Shown here: positions 52,074 through 61,642 of the stretch, one piece after another
Layout: each line of letters starts with the position of its first letter
How positions within the stretch are numbered: the stretch's first letter is position 1
NCBI GenBank assembly: GCA_963765765.1
Contig: CAVXYC010000018.1
Coordinates: 111,250 to 175,249, forward strand
Direction: 5' to 3'
DNA length: 64,000 bases
Origin: an uncultured Chloroflexia bacterium
GTDB taxonomy: Bacteria > Chloroflexota > UBA6077 > JACCZL01
The notes under the pieces: model-generated
Told to the model about the DNA's origin: nothing
The model's database searches: none
Seen by the model: the letters and a program-made list of their open reading frames with translations, nothing else
Position numbers and translations under genes: made by a program

Positions 52074-52449
52074 ATGGAACGAATTTTCTTCATAATTGGA
52101 TCCCTTCTGGCGTTCCTGGGCGTGGCGGCCGGTGCGTTTGGCGCACACGGCTTACGTGGACGTGTCTCGCCTGAGCTGATCGACGTATTCGAGACGGCCG
52201 CGCGCTACCATATCTATCACGCGCTGGGGCTCCTAGCCGTGGCTTGGGCAGTCTCGCGCTGGCCCGGCACGGCAACCACGGCCGCTGGATGGCTGTTCTT
52301 CAGCCGGCGTGGTGCTCTTCTCCGGCAGCCTCTATTTGATGACCTTCACCGGAATGCGCTGGCTCGGCGCGATCACCCCGCTCGGCGGAGTAGCCTTTCT
52401 GGCTGGTTGGGCCGCGTTGGCCTGGGCCGCCTGGCGCGGAACTGCATAG
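52074..52449 (+). pseudogene. DUF423 (YgdD/TMEM256-like) small membrane protein; frame change near 52300
   Basis: MERIFFIIGSLLAFLGVAAGAFGAHGL..ARYHIYHALGLL, then [29 protein letters not shown] in another frame. Confidence 0.7.
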
Positions 52450-53054
52450 GTACTCCACTAATTCGTCCTTTGCGTCCCTGCGGTCCCTTTAATCTCACCG
52501 GAAACTCTTCGCCGGCGGGATGGCGGGCAGGCGAGCTTTGGCCGCTTCTTCTCGGGGATCGTTACCTGGGCGGTCGCGTGACTCCAATGTCGGCAAGTCG
52601 CCCTCGCGTAGCGCTTCTATGTCGTCCACCAGGATGTTGATATTGCCGTCGCGGCACTGAAGGCGGCCGCGGACGATGACCATGGTCTCGCCACGAATGA
52701 TCGGTCGCTTGCGCTCATAGAGCGGCGGACGAATGATCGCGTTGGCCATACCCGTCTCGTCCTCCACCAGCAAGAACGTGAACCCCTGAGCGGTGCCCGG
52801 TCGCTGGCGGCACACCACCAGCCCGGCCACGCGCACCGGCCAGCCATCCGGTAACGCCTCCAGCTCCTCCGCTGAGACAATGTCGGACGGCAGCCGTGCC
52901 CGCATGAGCCCCAGAGGATGGAGTGACGGCGAGAGCCCCAGCGTGTGGTAATCCGCCACCATGCGCTCCCACGCGGTCATCTCTGGCCGCTCGATCATGT
53001 CCTGTTCCGTGCCGAAACCGAGAGGGAGGTTGCGGGGCGTGCCTGGGGAAGCTT

Positions 53055-53144
53055 CCTCGCCCCCTGGGAGAGGGTTGGGGTGAGAGAAGCTCGATTGCTT
53101 CTTTCGCGAGGCCCTCACCCCAGCCCTCTCCCAGGGGGCGAGGG
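53055..53144. repeat. GC-rich palindromic element P1 inside dnaE2 (translated in frame as ..LAPWERAGVRA...HPNPLPGGEE..)
   Basis: cctcgccccctgggagagggttggggtgag ... ccctcaccccagccctctcccagggggcgaggg. Confidence 0.9.
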
Positions 53145-53426
53145 AGCTCTTCCGACTTGGCTGCGGCTTCTTTTCCCGCCTCGATTGCTCCAGCAGCCCG
53201 TACTGCCACAACAGCTCACGACGGTTGAGCTGGAACGAGGGAAACGCGCCCAGCAGAATGAGGTTCTCCATGGCCGGGCGCTTGATGTCATACGCCGCGG
53301 TACGGTGAACGAAATCCTCGAGATCTCTGAACGGCCCGTTCCGCTCCCGTTCCGCTACGATCAACGCACTCATCTCTGAATTCAGGCTCCGCACCCGATC
53401 CAGCCCCAGGCGAACCGCGGACAACG

Positions 53427-53499
53427 TCGAGTGATGAGTCATGAGTGATGAGTCATGAGTACGGTCATCTTTACTCATCACCCATGACTCATCACTCGA
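53427..53499. repeat. heptamer-tandem hairpin H2 inside dnaE2 (read through in frame)
   Basis: tcgagtgatgagtcatgagtgatgagtcatgagta, loop, actcatcacccatgactcatcactcga. Translated as VSSDESWVMSKDDRTHDSSLMTHHS between conserved segments. Confidence 0.9.
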
Positions 53500-55195
53500 C
53501 ACCTGGTATGTCACCGTGCACTTCACGCCGCTCCGATTGATGTCCACCGGCAGCACGTGCACGCCGTGGCGGCGGCCGTCACCCACCAGCACGTGCGGCG
53601 CGTAGAAACCCATGGGCTGGTTGTTGAACAGGGCGCAGAGATACTCCGCTGGGTAGTGGTAGCGCAGCCAGGCGGATTGGAACGCCAGGATGGCAAAGGC
53701 CGCCGCGTGGCTTTTGGGGAAGCCAAATTCGGAGAAGCCCACCAGCTTGTCGAACACCTTGGTGGCGGTGGCTTCGTCCACATCGCGCTGTATGGCACCG
53801 TTCAGGAACTCCTCACGGAACGCCTGCATCGCTTCGGCAGAGCGCCGTCGGCTCATCGCTCTACGCAGGCCATCCGCTTGCCCTGAGCTGAAACCGGCCA
53901 ACTCCTCGGCCACCTGCATCACTTGGTCCTGGAAGAGCACCACGCCCAGGGTGTCGCGCAGCACCTCCTTTAGAGAAGGGTGGTCCACCTCGTAATCCGT
54001 GGCGCCCTGCCGCTGCCGCTCACGCTGGCGGACGTAGGGATTTACCGCGCCCCCCACGATGGGCCCGGGCCGAACGATGGCCACCTCGATAGCCAGGTCA
54101 TCCAGGTTGCGCGGCTGGGTGCGCGGCAGCATCTGAATCTGCGCACGACTCTCTATCTGAAACAGCCCCACGGTATCGCCCGCGCAGATCTGGTCATAGA
54201 TCTTGGGGTCGTCGTAATCGATCCGAGTGAGATCCTCCACTCGTCCCGTGTGTTGCCAGATGAGCTCCAGGCATTCCTCCACCAGTGAGAGCATGCCCAG
54301 CGCCAGGAAGTCCACCTTGATGAAACGCGCGTCATCGCACGAATCTTTGTCCCACTGGCAGATGTAGCGACCCTCCATGGCCGCCGGCTGCACGGGCACC
54401 AGCTCGATAATCGGGCGCGATGAGATGATCATCCCGCCCACGTGCTGACTCATGTGGCGCGGAAAGCCGGCAATCTGCCGGGCCAGCTCAATGAGGTGAC
54501 GCCAGATGGGTACGTGCACCAGGTCCTTGAGATCCGGCAGCCGCTCCATCTCCTGCTCCACGGTAGCCGCGGAGCCCCACTCGCTCAGCTTGGCCAGCTT
54601 GTCCAACGTGGGCGCCGGCAAGCCCAGCACCTTGCCCAGATCCCGCACGGCGCTGCGAATGTGATACGTGGCAAAGCTGCACACCAGCGCCGCGTGGTCC
54701 TTACCGTAGTGCTCGTACACCCGCAGGATGAGCTGCTCCCGAATGTCTCGCGCAAAGTCGAGATCGATATCCGGGACGGAGTGCATCGCATCGTTGAGAA
54801 AACGCCCTAGAAACAGATTGTTCTTGACCGGATCCACCTGAGAGAGGCCAATCAGGTAACAGACGATGGAGCTCACCGAAGAGCCGCGTCCCCGCCCGCA
54901 AGGCAGATTTGATTTGCCGCGCGCGGTATTGGATCCACCGCGGACGTCATTGGCCACTTCTCTGGCCATCTGCAGCAGATCGCGATACACGAGGAAAAAC
55001 CCGGACAGCCCGTGGCGCTCAATAAGCCCCAGCTCCTCACGCAGCCGCCCCACCGCGTCAACTCGTCCCGATGATCCTTCCGGATATTTCTCCTCCAGCG
55101 CCGCCCAGCAGTACTCACTCAACACCGCGTCTGCATCCGTGGCCATATCCTGCAGCGCGCCGATATTGGTGCCCGGAGCTTCATCAGAGGAGGCG

Positions 55196-55290
55196 CTCCC
55201 TCGCCCTTTGGGAGAGGGTTGGGGTGAGGGCCCTACGGTGGGGGATATCGAGCTTCCCTCACCCCAACCCTCTCCCAGGGGGCGAGGGAG
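55196..55290. repeat. GC-rich palindromic element P2 inside dnaE2
   Basis: ctccctcgccctttgggagagggttggggtgaggg ... ccctcaccccaaccctctcccagggggcgagggag. Confidence 0.9.
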
Positions 55291-55301
55291 ACGCCTCCCC
55301 A

Positions 55302-55422
55302 CCCCAGCCCTCCCCGTGCGCGGGGAGGGGGCCGGATTCTCCAGATTTCTCTGTCACAGCCCCCTCCCGGAGCAAATTTTCTCCATATCCGGCCCCCTCC
55401 CCGCGCACGGGGAGGGCTGGGG
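55302..55422. repeat. compound palindrome Q1 (36-bp perfect arms, each itself containing cctccccg-gcgc-ggggagg) inside dnaE2
   Basis: ccccagccctccccgtgcgcggggagggggccggat is the exact reverse complement of 55387-55422. The ORF break between 55302 and 55354 falls inside it. Confidence 0.9.
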
Positions 55423-56018
55423 TGGGGTCGTCCCCTCCGTCGCATCAGTCCCCTGAGTCCCAGAGGCCCCATACACCCCGCCCGGCCGCACATCCCTCCG
55501 AAACTCCGGAAACCGATACCCGAGATCCTCAGTCAGATCAAACTCGCTGCAACGCTCGGCAATCTCGCGGGTAGATTGAATGGCCTGAGGCAAATCGTGG
55601 AACCGTGCCGCCATCTCCGCCGGGGTCTGCAGAAAGAACTCACTGTTTGGTCGACGGAGCTGATGGGAGCCTTCCAATGTAGAGCGATGCTTGATGGCCA
55701 CCATGGCGTCCTGCAGCCGGTGTCGGGCGCGCTCGTGATAGTGCACGTTGCCCGTGGCCACGATGTCCACATTCAGTCGCTCAGCCAGCTCCACCAGGCG
55801 CAGCACGCGACGCTCATCGCCCTTCACCAGATGACGCTGCAGCTCCAGATACAGCGCGTGCCCGCCAAACAGATCGCGCAGCCAGCGACCGGCCGCTTCC
55901 GCCTCCGTCAGCCGCCCTTCATCGATAAGCTGGCACAGTAGCCCGTGTCGACAGCCAGACAGCGCGATCAATCCGCGCGTGCGCCCCTCCAGCGCCGCCG
56001 CCGGCAGACACGGCGCCT

Positions 56019-56105
56019 TCGCCCCTGGGAGAGGGTTGGTGAGGGCTCTTTCCACCGAACGAGGCTGATTGCTCTTCCCTCACGCCAACCCGCTCCCAGG
56101 GCGAG
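56019..56105. repeat. GC-rich palindromic element P3 inside dnaE2 (arms differ by a 1-nt indel; the frame changes here)
   Basis: tcgcccctgggagagggttggtgaggg ... ccctcacgccaacccgctcccagggcgag. Confidence 0.85.
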
Positions 56106-56428
56106 CATGGAGCCTGACACATTGCGACGCTCCGGGTCGCACGCATCCGTCAGCAGCCGACACAGGTTGGCGTAGCCCTCGGGATTCTCGGCCAGCAGCG
56201 TCAGGTGGCAGCGTCGACCGGATACGTCAAGCGTCAGCTCCGCCCCGGTGATCGGCTGGATCTCCACAATCTTTGCGTACTGGGCAAAGGCCATGGCGCC
56301 GGCAAGGTTGTCATGGTCGGTAATCGCCAGCGCCCGGTAGTCGAATTCGCAGGCGCTATTCATCAGCTCCTCGATCTGCGACGCGCCGTCCAGAAACGAG
56401 TACGCCGTGTGGAGATGCAGCTCTACAT

Positions 56429-56524
56429 AGTGATGAGTAGTGAGTGATGAGTGATGAGTCACCATCGGCAAGGATCTCTACTCATTACTCATGACTCATT
56501 ACTCATGACCCATTACTCATCACT
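56429..56524. repeat. heptamer-tandem hairpin H3 spanning the imuB stop / dnaE2 start junction
   Basis: agtgatgagtagtgagtgatgagtgatgagtcac, loop, tactcattactcatgactcattactcatgacccattactcatcact. One arm encodes the THHSSLTTHH at the dnaE2 N-terminus. Confidence 0.9.
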
Positions 56525-57091
56525 GCGTCTTTAGCGCTGGGCGTACCACTGGCCGTCCACCAGGTCTTTGTAGATCTCCAGGCGCTTTCCGCCTTCCAGC
56601 AGCACGCCAAAATACAGCCGGCTCACCGGCCGATTTCGCCACCACTCGTCATCAATGCGCCAGCGCTCCAGCACTTCAGCCACTCGGCGCCGGCTTCGCT
56701 GCCAGGTCACCGTTATCGGCGCGCCATCCTGATGCTCCACGCGAATTGCGTTCGGCTCGTTCAGAAATTGCAGTCGACCAGTGCCCAGCGACGCTCGGGA
56801 AAGCGTGACCACGGCTCCACCTCCATGATTCGATACAGTTGTCCGGCCGGGGCATCGCCAAAGCGCATGCGTAGCTGGCGCGCGGCCTCGGCCACACCCG
56901 TAAGCTGCCGGCGACGACCGCTCCACAGCTCCTCCTGCATCACGCTGGCGCCCTGCTTCAGCACCAGCGTTACTCCTAGCTCTGCCACCGCGCCCTCCGG
57001 ATGCGCATTGCCCAGCCGCCCACGCAGATGCTTCAGCGCCGTAGCAGCGCTGGCCACCGGCTCGCGCAGCGTGAAGGTGCGTTCCCAGGAC

Positions 57092-57189
57092 GAGTGAGCA
57101 GAGGTGAGAGGTCGGAGGTCAGAGGTCAGGAATCGTCTCCGATCACCTCGCTCATCACTGACCTCTGACCTCTGACCTCTGACCTCTCG
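57092..57189. repeat. heptamer-tandem hairpin H4 inside imuB
   Basis: gagtgagcagaggtgagaggtcggaggtcagaggtcagg, loop, (tgacctc-type units)x4. Read through as EVRGQRSEVSDERGDRRRFLTSDLRPLTS. Confidence 0.9.
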
Positions 57190-57702
57190 TCCTTCGCCCC
57201 ACGCCCGCAATGTGATCTGCTCCACAGAACGGCCTCGCGTCACCGGCAGACTGAAGGCGCGCACCAGCACACGCTCTAGCCCGGCCAGCAGCCCTTGAGA
57301 GCTCGCCACGGCGGATGGAAAGCGCAGCCGCGCCTCGGCCTTCAGCGCGCGAGCTCGGGGCTGGAACGGACGATCGTCCTGCCCGCACGCCAGCCTCCAG
57401 GCACGGCCGCCGGCCAGCGCCAAACTGTGCCTGTACCGGCCCCAGCGGCAACCCTGAGAGGGCGCCCAGCGTATGGAGCCCCTGCTGCTGAAAGCTGCGC
57501 GCAAGGTCCGGCGTGACCGGCAGCAGCACCGCCGGCAACGGCGCCAGAAACGACTTCTCCGCCCTCGCGGGCACAATGCTCACCTGCCCCGGGCTGTGCC
57601 TGCCGCGCCGCCGCCTCCGCCACAAACTTCCCCCGTGCCACCCCCAGCCGCGCCCGGAACATCGAGGGCACGGAGCGGAGGATGATCTGGAGATCGCTTT
57701 GC

Positions 57703-57786
57703 GAAGTGAAGAGTGAAGAGTGAAGAGTGAAAGACGGCAGTGTGGGTGGCTCATTCTCCACTCTTAACGCTTCACTCTTCACTTCC
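57703..57786. repeat. heptamer-tandem hairpin H5 inside imuB
   Basis: gaagtgaagagtgaagagtgaagagtgaaag, loop, tccactcttaacgcttcactcttcacttcc. Read through as KEVKSEALRVENEPPTLPSFTLHSSLFTS. Span as drawn is 84 nt. Confidence 0.9.
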
Positions 57787-58173
57787 TTCCCCAGCGCCTC
57801 CACATCACAGAACACCACCCCCAGCCCGGCCGGCTCCACCGGGCCAATGACCTTCTCCAGGTCATCCAGCACCTGCTCAAACCGCTGGGCGTAGAGCACC
57901 GGATCAGGCGGCACCATCACCAGCTCACGACACAGCGCCAGCGCCTCCCGAGCCGGCATGCCCGGGCGCACACCCACGGCCGCGGCCTCAGGAGAGCACT
58001 CCAGAATCTCGGGCCGTTGCCCCACGCCGGAGGTGAGCGCCAACGGCGCGCCGTCCTGCGCGGCATTACGCATCGTCTCCACACGCAGCGCAAAATGCGG
58101 CAGCAGGAGGCAGCCGATCATTTGCCTGGCCATCACTCGTCCCCTCCAGCCGGGCCCTGGGGCCGCGGGCGTC

Positions 58174-58686
58174 CTACCCGTCCCCGGCTTTCCGGTGGGA
58201 CGGGCGTCCCTGCCCGTCGCGGCCTGGAGGGCCGCCCCTCGAACACAGCGAGCGGTGACGGGGAGTACTGGAGGCGGGCTCGACGCCCGCGACGGGCAGG
58301 GACGCCCATCCCACCGGTGGAAAAGGAACGCTCCCCGGCCCTGCGGTACAGCCGTCCATCACTCGTCTCCCCGGAGCGTTCGTCCCGGCCGCCATGGACC
58401 CGCGCGAAGACCGCACCCGCACGCCGGCGGCAGAACGCCGCCCCGCGCTGAGCTGGGTGTCCACCGCGGCGTACAGTCCGCTGGCAGAAAGCCCCAGCGC
58501 CAGGCCGCGCATCACCGCGCCGGCCATCGTGATGCCGTCATCCGCCGCGATGAGGCTGAGCGCCAGGCCCAATGCCAGCGCCATCGGAGCCGCCCACCGC
58601 GCGCTCAGCCCCGTACCCTTGGCCACCTCCACCAGCCCAATGATCACCGGTACCACCAGCACACCGAAGAATTCCGTTGTATCCAC
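58174..58686 (-). CDS. phage holin, A118/Hol118-like (3' part of the ORF runs through a repeat and is probably not genuine)
   Basis: MDTTEFFGVLVVPVIIGLVEVAKGTGLSARWAAPMALALGLALSLIAADDG..GLALGLSASGLYAAV matches the Hol118 layout (TM, K-T-x-L, W, TM, DG, TM, GL). The C-terminal 100 aa overlap element U1. Confidence 0.6.
   Translation of the reverse strand: MDTTEFFGVLVVPVIIGLVEVAKGTGLSARWAAPMALALGLALSLIAADDGITMAGAVMRGLALGLSASGLYAAVDTQLSAGRRSAAGVRVRSSRGSMAAGTNAPGRRVMDGCTAGPGSVPFPPVGWASLPVAGVEPASSTPRHRSLCSRGGPPGRDGQGRPSHRKAGDG
58192..58317. repeat. palindromic element U1 (gggacgggcgtccctgcccgtc family)
   Basis: ccggtgggacgggcgtccctgcccgtcgcgg ... ccgcgacgggcagggacgcccatcccaccgg. A degenerate half copy lies at 58161-58187. 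Confidence 0.85.
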
Positions 58687-58703
58687 AACCGTCCCCCTGA
58701 CGG

Positions 58704-58802
58704 GAGTTAAGAGTGAAAAGTTAAGAGTGAAATTGAGATTGTCGAAATCAAATCAGCTTCCCCAGTGCCATTCTTAACTCTTAACTTTTTCACTCTTAAC
58801 TC
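58704..58802. repeat. heptamer-tandem hairpin H6 (intergenic, tail-like gene to holin)
   Basis: gagttaagagtgaaaagttaagagtgaaattgagatt, loop, tcttaactcttaactttttcactcttaactc. Confidence 0.9.
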
Positions 58803-58809
58803 AACCTCC

Positions 58810-60630
58810 TCACGCCTCCAACAACCTCAAGCTGCCTCTCAACTGCGTTCCCATCCGTTGGCTCATCTTGGCCCCCTTCTCCTCGTAGTCCAGCAGCCAC
58901 ACATTCCGACTCACCCCGTCCAGATCCACATACGTCAGCGGCCCCGCCTGACCGGCAATGCCCCACAACGCCGTGCTGAGCTGCGCGCTTGTCTGCGAGC
59001 TATTGCTCCCATCCAGCAGCACCATCGGCATCTGCCCGCTCCCCTCGATGAGGCAATCGAACTCCCACACGCGCTTGACGCCCGGCGCCGGCCGACAGCG
59101 CATCTCGAGCGAGAAGAACCGCAGCGGCGTGGCCCCGCCAGCAGGGCCCGTCAGGATCACTCGGAACGCGATGAGCTTGCCCGCCACCGCCGCGCCAAAC
59201 GTGAACGTCGCCGTGGTGCTACTCGTCGTGCTGTTCGTGCCCAGGCTCGTCCACGCGCCGGTGTCCTCCAGGCGGTACTGCACCTGCACGCTCTGACCCG
59301 CCAGCAGCGCCGCGTGGTTGATCGTGACGCTCCGAAACACTTTCGTCACGCCCGGCAGCCGCGCATCGATCAGCCCCGTCTCCAGCGTCGCCGCCGCCTG
59401 ATGGAGGTCGCTCCGAACCCTGAGCATGAACCAGTTGGTCGTACTGAGCTGGGCAATCACGTAGAGATCGCCACCAAACCACGCCAGGCTCTGCGCGCGA
59501 CCATTGCCGGCCATCGCGGCCACGGCCACCGGCTCGCTCCATCCGACTGATCCGCCTGAGGCGGAGGCCGCTCCGTCGTAGCGCTTCAGGCCCACGCCGG
59601 CCCCGTCCGAGAACGCCATCCAGAAGCCCCCGCGACCGCTTGCCGTGGCGCCCAGCGCTCCGCCCGCGTACGGGATCGTCAGTGGATGCGGGATGGGCTC
59701 AACGTCGCCATTCCGCCAGCGGTACACCACCGGGTAGGCCGATGAGCCGCGCTGGCCCACCAGGTAGCTGGCATCTCCCAGCACGCTCCCACCCAGCAGG
59801 CTCACGCCATCGATCGTCGTCGTAAACGCCCATTGCTCGGAGGCCGCGTTGTCCTTCAGGGTGTACACGCCCGTCCGCGCGCCGCTGCCCATCTGTGTCC
59901 CGCAGAACACCGCCGTTGTCCCAATCACCTGCGGCTGCACGCGACAGCTCGGCTCGTTGAGCTGGTAGCGCAAGGCGGAGAGCGTTGCCCCGTCCGTGTA
60001 ATAGACTCGGCACCCGTCCGGCGCCTCACCCACCAGGTACAGGTAGGCCACCGAGCCCCGATAGAACACGCCCATGCTGTAACACGCGGTGACCGGCGGC
60101 GGCAGCGTCACAAAGACGTCGGTGTAGGTCGCTCCATCCCATCTGGCAATGCTGCCGTTGCCCGTTTTGCCAACGTAGAGCTTGCCCTGATACTCGGCAA
60201 AGCTCGCCGCTCGACCGCCCGTGGCCAGCGTAAACGGCGCCCCCAGCGACGCCCCATCCCAGCTCACCACCGCGCCGCCGTTGGCCCCGTGGTAGTACTT
60301 GCCGAGTGCCGCGATGGATGGTCCGGGCGAGAGGTCATTGACGCCGGCGTTCACCTGGGCGGCATGCGGCCCCTGCCGAGCCGCGCCGGGCTCGGTCCAT
60401 GGATCCAGGCCCGGACCAAACCGGTATCGCCCGGGCTCGTCCTCATCGTGCCGGGTGAAGCCCTCACCGCCGCTCCAATCGTCGATGAGCACAGCCATTT
60501 CGTTCCGCAGGTCCCCGTAGCCGCGATCCCCCGAAGACGTCTTCGGCGCAAACGGGTCGGCCAACGTCCGCCGATAGCTCTGCACATCCAGCAGCAGCCC
60601 CTGCCCGGCCAGCATCACGTGATAAGTCAT
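58810..60630 (-). CDS. phage tail/adsorption-like protein: N-terminal beta-propeller-like repeats plus a C-terminal phage-type domain
   Basis: Start set at MTYHVMLAGQGLLLD. About seven repeats of the type G.LYVG..G.I.RWDG. The C-terminal about 200 aa resemble phage tail/tubular proteins (my recollection, not a search). The upstream 18 codons of the track ORF lie in repeat H7. Confidence 0.5.
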   Translation of the reverse strand: MTYHVMLAGQGLLLDVQSYRRTLADPFAPKTSSGDRGYGDLRNEMAVLIDDWSGGEGFTRHDEDEPGRYRFGPGLDPWTEPGAARQGPHAAQVNAGVNDLSPGPSIAALGKYYHGANGGAVVSWDGASLGAPFTLATGGRAASFAEYQGKLYVGKTGNGSIARWDGATYTDVFVTLPPPVTACYSMGVFYRGSVAYLYLVGEAPDGCRVYYTDGATLSALRYQLNEPSCRVQPQVIGTTAVFCGTQMGSGARTGVYTLKDNAASEQWAFTTTIDGVSLLGGSVLGDASYLVGQRGSSAYPVVYRWRNGDVEPIPHPLTIPYAGGALGATASGRGGFWMAFSDGAGVGLKRYDGAASASGGSVGWSEPVAVAAMAGNGRAQSLAWFGGDLYVIAQLSTTNWFMLRVRSDLHQAAATLETGLIDARLPGVTKVFRSVTINHAALLAGQSVQVQYRLEDTGAWTSLGTNSTTSSTTATFTFGAAVAGKLIAFRVILTGPAGGATPLRFFSLEMRCRPAPGVKRVWEFDCLIEGSGQMPMVLLDGSNSSQTSAQLSTALWGIAGQAGPLTYVDLDGVSRNVWLLDYEEKGAKMSQRMGTQLRGSLRLLEA

Positions 60631-60635
60631 AGCGA

Positions 60636-60697
60636 GAGTGATGAGTAATGAGTCATGGTGACGAGTAGATGAGTGATGAGTCATAAGTAATGAGTGG
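60636..60697. repeat. tandem heptamer array H7 (gtgatga/gtaatga/gtcatga units, one orientation only)
   Basis: gtgatgagtaatgagtcatggtgacgagtagatgagtgatgagtcataagtaatgagtgggg. Spans the stop of the hydrolase gene and the 5' end of the tail-like ORF. Confidence 0.8.
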
Positions 60698-61517
60698 GGA
60701 GGGATGCGTCCGCGTCCCGCTGCTGACTACTCATTCCTTTCTGGGCATTTCCGAAGGCCGCCATCAGGCCGGGGTCGCGCAGGAGACTGAACTGCCAGAA
60801 CGCCTCGTCCGGGCTATCCAGGATGAAGTACACCGCGCCTTCCAGGCCGGGCGTCTCCGCCAGATCGCGGCATACGCGATCGAACGGCACGCGGTTGAAC
60901 TCGGTCACCAGCAGCGGCCGCTGGATGCCCGCCATCTCCAGCATCTCTCGGCAGCGTCGGTGCAGCCCCCAGCCATCCGCGTAGGCGTGCACGTCCACCA
61001 CGTCATAGAGCGGAATCACCGGCTCCAGCTCACGCCAGTACTGGATGGCGCGCTCGCTGTTCTCGCCCGTCCAGCCGCTCCACGGAGCCGGCAGATGCAG
61101 GCGATCCTGCGGTCGCAGCGCGCGATAGACCTCCGCAAACGCGCTGAGCCAGGTGCGATGACGAGCGTAATCGTCGTGCCCGTTCTCCGCCGCGCCCGGC
61201 CAGTTCATCTCATTGGCCGGGATCACCTCACCGGTGCTGGACTCAAAGAACACCGTGGCGCGGCGAGCACATTCCACCGCCCAGGCAGCCGGGTCGCGTT
61301 GCGGAATATCGCGCGCGTAGCAGCGCAGCAGTGGCACGCTGCCGCGCGCTCGAAGTCGGGCCGCCAGCGTGCTGTGCTGGCCCAGCCCCTCCCACTCCTG
61401 TATGTCATGCGCCAGAAACAGCGTGTGCCGCGGCCGCAGCCGCGCCAACGCCCCCAGCGTCGGCCGATCATACGCCCCGGCCACATTAGGGGTTTGAATA
61501 CCTAAGAGATGCTGCAT
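60681..61517 (-). CDS. TIM-barrel glycoside-hydrolase-like protein (possible phage lysin or depolymerase)
   Basis: Clan GH-A-like pair of acidic motifs: ..IPANEMNWPG.. and ..RPLLVTEFNRV.. . Start set at MQHLLGIQ. Weak, motif-level call. Confidence 0.45.
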   Translation of the reverse strand: MQHLLGIQTPNVAGAYDRPTLGALARLRPRHTLFLAHDIQEWEGLGQHSTLAARLRARGSVPLLRCYARDIPQRDPAAWAVECARRATVFFESSTGEVIPANEMNWPGAAENGHDDYARHRTWLSAFAEVYRALRPQDRLHLPAPWSGWTGENSERAIQYWRELEPVIPLYDVVDVHAYADGWGLHRRCREMLEMAGIQRPLLVTEFNRVPFDRVCRDLAETPGLEGAVYFILDSPDEAFWQFSLLRDPGLMAAFGNAQKGMSSQQRDADASLPTHYL

Positions 61518-61532
61518 AAATCCCTTCCAGAC

Positions 61533-61628
61533 GGCCCCCTCCCCGCGCACGGGGAGGCATGGGTGGGGTCGTCCCTCGCTCGCTTATAGCTAGGAGACCC
61601 CCTCAGTCCCCCCATGCGCGGGGGGAAG
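61533..61628. repeat. palindromic element Q2 (same family as the right half of Q1)
   Basis: ggccccctccccgcgcacggggagg..gggtggggtcgtccc..cctcagtcccc..tccccccatgcgcgggggga. Shares strings with 55391-55470. Confidence 0.8.
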
Positions 61629-61642
61629 GCGGTTATTGAGCG

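Larger units (their letters stand above)
52495..56471 (-). pseudogene. dnaE2: error-prone DNA polymerase III alpha subunit DnaE2, split into three ORFs at palindromic-element insertions
   Basis: PHP N-terminus YVELHLHTAYSFLDGAS (ORF 55968..56471), middle part (ORF 55354..56055) and 935-aa remainder (ORF 52495..55302) are colinear with DnaE2. The breaks coincide with repeats at 56019-56105 and 55196-55422. Confidence 0.85.
56531..58136 (-). pseudogene. imuB: ImuB (Y-family polymerase-like mutasome subunit); three frame changes plus two in-frame hairpin insertions
   Basis: IGCLLLPHFALRVE.. N-terminus, FLAPLPAVLLPVTPDLARSFQQQGLHTLGALSGLP.. and C-terminus ..RLYFGVLLEGGKRLEIYKDLVDGQWYAQR are distributed over ORFs 57342..58136, 57155..57754, 56761..57576 and 56531..56926. 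Lies directly upstream of dnaE2. Confidence 0.75.

Noticed and set aside
53055-56105. Inteins or introns interrupting dnaE2
   Set aside because: The inserts are 70-300 nt palindromes without intein splicing blocks or homing endonuclease motifs, and without group I/II intron hallmarks. Identical element types occur intergenically.
58017-58710. Plus-strand ORFs 57958..58710 and 58017..58451 opposite imuB and the holin
   Set aside because: Arg/Pro-rich translations across palindromic repeat U1, with no recognisable domains. The minus-strand genes explain the region.
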